64,000 nt of DNA from an uncultured Candidatus Saccharibacteria bacterium (GTDB taxonomy: Bacteria; Patescibacteriota; Minisyncoccia; Phycocordibacterales; UBA2163). Positions 58,206 to 64,000 of this stretch are shown one piece after another; the first letter of the stretch is position 1; each line of letters starts with the position of its first letter. The DNA is taken from NCBI GenBank assembly GCA_964626705.1, contig CAZVGL010000001.1, forward strand, positions 4,441-68,440, written 5' to 3'. Under the pieces are notes generated by a model. It saw only the letters and a program-made list of their open reading frames with translations, was not told the DNA's origin and made no database searches. The position numbers and the translations under genes are program-made.

Positions 58206-59969
58206 ATGAGTAAAAATATTTTTAAAAAAATAATATCCAGTATTCTAACAATCGCAATTTTTGCAATAAGTATTTTTGGTACTTTTAATATTAGTATTAC
58301 AGTTGCCGCAACAAAACCACCAAGGACTCAAGGATTGCCAGGATCAGGGACAAGTGGTAATCGTAATGAAATCATGACAGGGGCTGAAGGGGTAAATGCT
58401 GTTGGGGTAAATACAGCAACTGTGGTAGTTGATCAAGATGTTGTAGGTATGTTGTCACCAGTTGATAAATTAATTGATCAAGATGTTGTAGGTATGTTGT
58501 CACCAGTTGATAAATTAATTGATCAAGATGCTATAGGTATGTTGTCAGCAAATGATGCACAGATAAGTCAAGTAAAAAACAAAACAGCAGGGATTTTAAG
58601 TTCAAACCCTTTTGGAAACAGTATGGTTCCTACAGATGATGTAAAAGATAATTACAAAGAAAGGGTACAAGATTCTATTTGGTCACTTATGGCAAAAAGA
58701 GCTATAAGGATGATCACTACAAGTACTGTAAACTGGATAAATAATGGTTTTCAGGGTGGTCCAGCATATGTAACAGATCTTAACGGTTTTCTTCTTGATG
58801 TTGCAGATGATCAGACTAGTATCTTCATAGAGCGTCTAGGGCTTACAGATCTATGTAGTCCTTGGAAGTTAGACATACGAATTGCATTAGCAATGAGACA
58901 GGCAGCACCGTTTGACAGAGAAATCGCATGTACCCTCTCTGACATTGTGGCAAATATGGATGATTTTATAAATGGAGATTTCTCTCAAGGTGGATGGGCA
59001 GGGTGGTTTGAACTTACTACAAAACCACAAAATAACCCTTATGGACTTTATCTTATGACAGCATCTGAGCTTGACCAAAGGATAGCGGGTACACAACAGC
59101 GACAGACACAAATCCTTGATTGGGGTGATGGATTTCTTTCGTATGAAGAATGTGAAGACTTACCCGAAGGGTTTGGGGGACCACCGCGTTGTGAAATAGT
59201 AACACCGGGGACTGTTATTGAAAATCAATTAGACCATGTTTTGGGTACTGGTGTAAGGCAGTTAGAGCTTGCGGATGAATTTAATGAAGTAATAAATGCT
59301 TTAATGCAACAGCTTGTGGTACAAGTATTTACTGGAGTAGATGGATTGAGGGGTGTAAGTAGAAGTTATGGAGGTAACCCATCGTATACAAACCGTCTTT
59401 CAGCTACTGAAGATAATACTACGATAGGAAATGTCATAGCAAGTTCAGAGCTTGAGTTTGGAAGGGTGTTAAATGAAGAGTTAGTTTACCTGACAGCCAA
59501 AGACGGCTCACTTAAGAGTATTGAGGCGGCAGAAAACAGACTTTCTAGCTTGGTCGCATGTTACGACAATAAACTCGCGGATATCAGTTTGAATTTAACT
59601 ATTAGTGAAAAAACAATAGCTCTTGAGAGGAGAAACAGTGCCTCTTCTACTATAGATACACTCATCACACCGCGTAAGAATATTCTTATCACAGAAATAG
59701 ATTTTTCAAGTAGGGTTATATTGAAATTAGATTCATTGTTAACTAATATGCAAAACGCAACAAATCCAATTCAGCTTCAAGTACCTACAAGTGAGTTAGA
59801 AAGTATGCGCAGACAGGATATTCTAAGAGGTCCATATATATTTTCTGCAGAGCAGGAAAGGGTGGGATTGTTGAGCGAGATGAATGCACTTAACCAAGAT
59901 ACTGAGAATAAAATTACAGAATGTCAGGTATTCCCGCTGCTACCGCAGGGGCAACAGCAGAATCCATAA
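58206..59969 (+). CDS. large secreted hypothetical protein with internal 15-aa tandem repeats
   Basis: N-terminal TM/signal helix. DQDVVGMLSPVDKLI repeated. Q-rich C-terminus. Confidence 0.5.
   Translation: MSKNIFKKIISSILTIAIFAISIFGTFNISITVAATKPPRTQGLPGSGTSGNRNEIMTGAEGVNAVGVNTATVVVDQDVVGMLSPVDKLIDQDVVGMLSPVDKLIDQDAIGMLSANDAQISQVKNKTAGILSSNPFGNSMVPTDDVKDNYKERVQDSIWSLMAKRAIRMITTSTVNWINNGFQGGPAYVTDLNGFLLDVADDQTSIFIERLGLTDLCSPWKLDIRIALAMRQAAPFDREIACTLSDIVANMDDFINGDFSQGGWAGWFELTTKPQNNPYGLYLMTASELDQRIAGTQQRQTQILDWGDGFLSYEECEDLPEGFGGPPRCEIVTPGTVIENQLDHVLGTGVRQLELADEFNEVINALMQQLVVQVFTGVDGLRGVSRSYGGNPSYTNRLSATEDNTTIGNVIASSELEFGRVLNEELVYLTAKDGSLKSIEAAENRLSSLVACYDNKLADISLNLTISEKTIALERRNSASSTIDTLITPRKNILITEIDFSSRVILKLDSLLTNMQNATNPIQLQVPTSELESMRRQDILRGPYIFSAEQERVGLLSEMNALNQDTENKITECQVFPLLPQGQQQNP
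58431..58556 (+). repeat. 45-bp in-frame tandem repeat, about 2.8 copies
   Basis: gatcaagatgttgtaggtatgttgtcaccagttgataaattaatt appears twice, followed by a diverged partial copy. Confidence 0.85.
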
Positions 59970-60007
59970 AATCTGAATAAAAACAAAATGAAAAAACAAA
60001 AAACAAA

Positions 60008-60538
60008 ATGAAAAAAGCTAAAACAAAAACAAAAATAATCCCAAGTATAGAAATAGAGAGTAAGATTCTATTTATTAGAAACAAAAAAGTAATGCTTGAT
60101 AAAGATTTGGCGGTGCTTTATGGTGTAAAGCCTATTCGTCTAAGAGAGCAGGTAAAAAGAAATAAAGAACGGTTTCCAGAAGATTTTATGTTTCAGATTA
60201 CTAAAGATGAAGCAACTCTCTTGGTATCGCAAAATGCGATACCATCAAAAAAGAGTTTGGGAGGACATTTGCCCTATGTATTTACAGAACATGGTGCGTT
60301 AATGGCAGCAAATGTTATAAAAAGTAAAGCAGCCATAGAGGCAAGTATCGCAATAGTGAGAACCTTTGTAAAGTTAAGAGAAATGATGATGTCATACAAA
60401 GAATTACAAAAGAAGATAGAAGATATGGAGAGAAAATATAGTAAGCATGACAAACATTTTCAGATTATCTTTCAGACAATACAGAAAATGTTGAATCCGA
60501 CAGAACAACCAAAAACCAAAATTGGTTTTGGAACATAG
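60008..60538 (+). CDS. ORF6N-domain protein (phage/mobile-element-associated DNA-binding)
   Basis: KKVMLDKDLAVLYGVKPIRLREQVKRNKERFPEDFMFQITKDE matches the ORF6N signature. Confidence 0.55.
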   Translation: MKKAKTKTKIIPSIEIESKILFIRNKKVMLDKDLAVLYGVKPIRLREQVKRNKERFPEDFMFQITKDEATLLVSQNAIPSKKSLGGHLPYVFTEHGALMAANVIKSKAAIEASIAIVRTFVKLREMMMSYKELQKKIEDMERKYSKHDKHFQIIFQTIQKMLNPTEQPKTKIGFGT

Positions 60539-60549
60539 TATTTACGAAA

Positions 60550-60605
60550 AAGGTCGTTCCTCATCGTGTAGCGAAGCGGAACAGGGAGGTGCGACCTTGA
60601 GGAGC
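60550..60605. repeat. dispersed palindromic intergenic repeat, copy R9 (same subtype as R3)
   Basis: aaggtcgttcctcatcgtgtagcgaagcggaacagggaggtgcgaccttgaggagc. Confidence 0.75.
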
Positions 60606-60622
60606 AAATACAAAAAACAAAA

Positions 60623-63022
60623 ATGTTAAAACAAAAACTTTTCAAAAAAATAATCCCGACATTGCTCATAATGGCGGTTTTGCTAACCGGATTTTTTGGT
60701 GTTATTGGTGCAAACGTGGCGCATGCGCAAGGTCCGGATGATTTGTTCAAGAAAGCAGATGAAGTAAAAGCAACTGAAGATGGTGCTGCTAAACCCACTA
60801 ATTCTAATAGTTCTGGAAACTTACGTACAGAATTATTTAAAGAAAAAAATGTTAATACTGTTGGTACTAGTAAAAGTTTACCATTTGACTCAGTATCAAC
60901 AGACGACGACATAGTACAAGACGACATAGTACAAGACAGGGCTGGATGTAAGATATTACGTCTCGATCGATGTGTGATTTCTGTATTTGCTATAATTGGA
61001 AACGCGATGCTAAATATTTTCGCACTATTTACTGGTATTGCTGGATATATATTAGATAGAGCTGTTGATTATACGATCGTTGGTATGGGTAAGCATACAA
61101 GAGATATAGGTGCAATAGAGACAGGTTGGAAGGTGTTTAGAGATCTTTCAAATATAGTGATTATATTCGTCTTGCTTGTCATAGGTATTGCTACAATTCT
61201 TCAGCCCTATCAAGGCTTGGAAAATTATGGCGCAAAGGCGCTCCTCGCTAAGCTCATAGTAGTGGCACTTCTTATAAATTTTAGTTTGTTCTTTACGCAA
61301 GTTATTATTGATTCTAGTAATCTCATATCGCTGCAGTTTTATAATAAAATAACAGAAAAAAGTGTTGTTGTAGGAGGAGAGGATATTGTGATAATAGAAA
61401 CTGTAGGGGAAAAGTATATGCAAGCATTTGGGCTTACTACTTTATATGATGGTAAAGAAATTTTTAAACCAGAAAGATTATCAGGAAAAAATACTTTTTT
61501 GGAGATATTCCTGACATCTGTTTTAGGATCAGTTGTATTCTTAGTTTCTGCTTTTGCATTTCTTGCGGGGGCATTTTTACTCATCAGTAGGTTTGTGGTA
61601 CTTATTTTCCTTATGATACTCGCTCCGCTTGCTTTTGTAGGGATGATATTGCCGTCACTTTCGAAACATGCAAGTAAGTGGTGGGGTGCGCTTATGCGTT
61701 ATGCATTTTTTGCGCCAGCATATATGATACTTACTTGGTTTGTTATAGAGGTTATTAACTCCGATTCTTTTGGGTTAAGTATTGGATTAAATGAAACATC
61801 ATCATTTGCATCAGCTATAACGGGTGGTAATATGGCGATCATATTTAACTTTATAATAGTTATTGCTTTTATAATCGCTTCGGTTTTGATATCAAACTAT
61901 TTTGGGATCATTGGTTCAAATGCAGTTATAAAATGGGGACATGCTGCACGTAAGTTCGGACAAGGTGTTGTCGGGCGAAGCACTATTGGTCTTGGAAGCA
62001 AATACGGAGGGAAAGCGTATGACAGAGGTGCTGCCAAATTTGCAGGCTCAAATCTTGGTAAGATATTGCGTAAAATACCTGGCCTCAAGCAGTTAGGTGC
62101 TATAGGTGATCTGACAGCCAGAAATGTTATAAGTGCGGGAGAGGGTGCAAAGTTTGGAAGTGGTGCATCATATGCTGATATGGACAAAAAATATGAAGCA
62201 AGAAGGAAGGAGATTGCTGAAGTACAGGAAAACCTAAAAGAAAAAGATGCAATTGATGTGATGAGCGACGAGGCTAAGTTTGAAAAGATGTCACCAAAAG
62301 AACAACGAGAGTTTGCGGCAATAGTCGGTAAGATGAGTATTAAAGAGCTTGAGAAGCGTGGTATTAGAGAAAATCTAGCATATCCTGAGATTGCAAAAAA
62401 TCTGTCTACAGATATGTACAGTGCTCTGGACAAGAGTGAGGTGTTTACAAAGCAGCAAGTTGAAGCTATAAAAGACGCAAGATTTGAAGATATTATGACT
62501 CTGTTGAACAGCAAAGATCCTATAAAGCAAGAGAAAGGTAAGAAGATGTTACGGGCGCTTGGCGACAAAGAAATGGAGATATTTGGAAGCAGGCTATATG
62601 AGGCAGGTATGATCGAGATGATTTCACAGTCGCAAGTTGAAGGTATTAAGAAGAGTGCAAAGATAAATAGTAGCCTGAAAAAGCGTGTTCTAGATACAAA
62701 AGAAATGTACTTCAAGGCATTGGTCAGAATGGAAGATGGTAGTCTCGAGAAAGAATTAGATGGTATGAAAATACCTCAAATAGCAAAACTTGATCCAGAT
62801 GTTCTTACTTCAAAAGAAGGTATAAATTTTGTATCAAGAAATGTTTTGGCAGAAATTATAAAAGAATCAACAGCTGAGGACAAGAAAAAGGTAATCGACG
62901 GTGTTGTTAAAGCTTATGACGAAGCCACAGCTCCTGGATCTTCAACTAAAATTTCAAAAGACCTAGAAGATGCATACGAAGCTCTTACTGATAAGACTTT
63001 ACCAATGGCGTTATTTACTTAA
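60623..63022 (+). CDS. large polytopic membrane protein, TrbL/VirB6-like (conjugation/T4SS inner-membrane component candidate)
   Basis: Signal peptide, at least 7 predicted TM helices in the first 450 aa, and a long soluble C-terminal domain. It lies adjacent to the PrgI-like gene. The short tandem repeat DDIVQDDIVQD falls at 60904-60933. Confidence 0.4.
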   Translation: MLKQKLFKKIIPTLLIMAVLLTGFFGVIGANVAHAQGPDDLFKKADEVKATEDGAAKPTNSNSSGNLRTELFKEKNVNTVGTSKSLPFDSVSTDDDIVQDDIVQDRAGCKILRLDRCVISVFAIIGNAMLNIFALFTGIAGYILDRAVDYTIVGMGKHTRDIGAIETGWKVFRDLSNIVIIFVLLVIGIATILQPYQGLENYGAKALLAKLIVVALLINFSLFFTQVIIDSSNLISLQFYNKITEKSVVVGGEDIVIIETVGEKYMQAFGLTTLYDGKEIFKPERLSGKNTFLEIFLTSVLGSVVFLVSAFAFLAGAFLLISRFVVLIFLMILAPLAFVGMILPSLSKHASKWWGALMRYAFFAPAYMILTWFVIEVINSDSFGLSIGLNETSSFASAITGGNMAIIFNFIIVIAFIIASVLISNYFGIIGSNAVIKWGHAARKFGQGVVGRSTIGLGSKYGGKAYDRGAAKFAGSNLGKILRKIPGLKQLGAIGDLTARNVISAGEGAKFGSGASYADMDKKYEARRKEIAEVQENLKEKDAIDVMSDEAKFEKMSPKEQREFAAIVGKMSIKELEKRGIRENLAYPEIAKNLSTDMYSALDKSEVFTKQQVEAIKDARFEDIMTLLNSKDPIKQEKGKKMLRALGDKEMEIFGSRLYEAGMIEMISQSQVEGIKKSAKINSSLKKRVLDTKEMYFKALVRMEDGSLEKELDGMKIPQIAKLDPDVLTSKEGINFVSRNVLAEIIKESTAEDKKKVIDGVVKAYDEATAPGSSTKISKDLEDAYEALTDKTLPMALFT

Positions 63023-63029
63023 TAAAAAC

Positions 63030-63608
63030 ATGAGATATACAAAAGAACAAATAAATGAGAGATTCCAAATGCTACCGTCTTCCGTACAAGACGTGGTGTT
63101 GTCTGCAGAAGTTGCAGACGCGATAAAGACTATTGCGGACAAAAATGATCTGTACATAGATACAGCTGGGCTTTTAAACGAGGAGATCACTTACGTCATG
63201 GTCGGTGCAGAAAAGTCTGTTAACTTTATAAGTAATCTAAAGACAAAGGTACATTTGCCAGAAGATAAGGTTAACGCTGTTGCGGGAGATGTAAACGATA
63301 AAATATTTTTACCAATCAGAGAGGCTTTGAAAAATGCAGCAAACAAACCAGCTCAAGATATAGGGCCGGAAACACCAGCCCCGAGCGACTTACAAGAAAA
63401 GGCGATAAGTTTAGAGAATAAGGATAGTCGCCCGCCGTTAACCGAGTCAGAAGAGATAAGAGAGCAGGTCAAAAGAAGTCAAGAAGTGAAACAGACCCCT
63501 GCGCCACCTGCGAACCTTCCTATTGGTGAAGAAAATAAGATAAAAGAAAAGCATATACAGAAGCAAAGTCCATATGCCAAAGACCCGTATCGTGAACCAC
63601 TTAAATAA
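63030..63608 (+). CDS. hypothetical protein (192 aa)
   Basis: Start taken at the internal Met at 63030, because the track ORF (62970) overlaps the upstream gene. Acidic, Pro-rich tail. Confidence 0.4.
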   Translation: MRYTKEQINERFQMLPSSVQDVVLSAEVADAIKTIADKNDLYIDTAGLLNEEITYVMVGAEKSVNFISNLKTKVHLPEDKVNAVAGDVNDKIFLPIREALKNAANKPAQDIGPETPAPSDLQEKAISLENKDSRPPLTESEEIREQVKRSQEVKQTPAPPANLPIGEENKIKEKHIQKQSPYAKDPYREPLK

Positions 63609-63614
63609 AAAAAT

Positions 63615-64000
63615 ATGCGATTTCAAGTACCACAATTCATCGAAGTAGAAGATAAGATTTTCGGGCCACTAACCTTGAGGCAATTTATTTATCTTGCGGG
63701 AGCAGGTGGTGTGGTGTTTGTGCTCTGGAGAGTCTTTCCTATATTTATCGCTGTACTCATCGCCGCTCCTATTATAGTTCTTGCTCTAGCTCTAGCCTTT
63801 TATAAGATAAACAAAAGACCATTTGTGTTTGTTTTGGAATCAGCATTTAAATATATAATTAGTAATAGGTTATATATATGGAAGAGTAAGGATCTAAGGC
63901 AAATAAAGAAAGAGAAAAAGAAAGACCCAGCACTACAAGGATCACAAGTACAAGTACCCAAACTTTCAGGAAGCAAGCTCAAGGATATTGCATGGAGTCT
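63615..64000 (+). CDS. PrgI-family (T4SS) small membrane protein, partial (runs off the window end)
   Basis: MRFQVPQFIEVEDKIFGPLTLRQFIYLAGAGGVVFVLW... matches the PrgI family N-terminus, with two TM helices. The frame is still open at 64000. Confidence 0.45.
   Translation, partial: MRFQVPQFIEVEDKIFGPLTLRQFIYLAGAGGVVFVLWRVFPIFIAVLIAAPIIVLALALAFYKINKRPFVFVLESAFKYIISNRLYIWKSKDLRQIKKEKKKDPALQGSQVQVPKLSGSKLKDIAWS

Noticed and set aside
1-64000. CRISPR arrays, rRNA genes, IS transposases
   Set aside because: No regularly spaced short direct repeats with unique spacers, no rRNA-like conserved stretches, and no transposase-like ORFs were seen on either strand.

Overview
This is an AT-rich bacterial chromosomal segment, roughly 33-36% GC by eye. 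Its gene content and style suggest a small-genome Patescibacteria/CPR-like organism, which is an inference. The segment spans the replication origin (dnaA-dnaN with a DnaA-box cluster, rpmH-rnpA) and many housekeeping genes: rpsT, ruvA, ruvB, ruvC, yebC, polA, holA, tsaE, tyrS, class-A PBP, clpP, rny, hup, rpsO, cca, xth, xerC/D, comM, uvrD/pcrA and rsmA. There are five tRNAs: Lys-TTT, Gly-TCC, Pro-TGG, Gly-GCC and Arg-TCG. There are also an orphan PilB/GspE ATPase, two type II toxin-antitoxin pairs (Phd/YefM-RelE and DinJ-YafQ), and many secreted or membrane hypothetical proteins. Non-genic structure is rich. A roughly 60-bp palindromic intergenic repeat family is present in at least 9 copies. 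A second palindromic repeat brackets ruvB, next to a 134-bp GC-rich element with perfect 17-bp terminal inverted repeats. A 662-bp tandem duplication carries a promoter plus a secreted-protein gene. Two candidate foreign islands stand out by composition: a GC-rich secreted/lipoprotein cassette at 14.7-16.3 kb, and a low-GC TrmB, receiver, Cys-rich, kinase and TA island at 49.3-53.6 kb. The 3' end (57-64 kb) holds a conjugation/T4SS-like cluster: an ORF6N protein, a TrbL/VirB6-like polytopic membrane protein, a PrgI-like protein, and secreted repeat proteins. No CRISPR array, rRNA gene or transposase was found.
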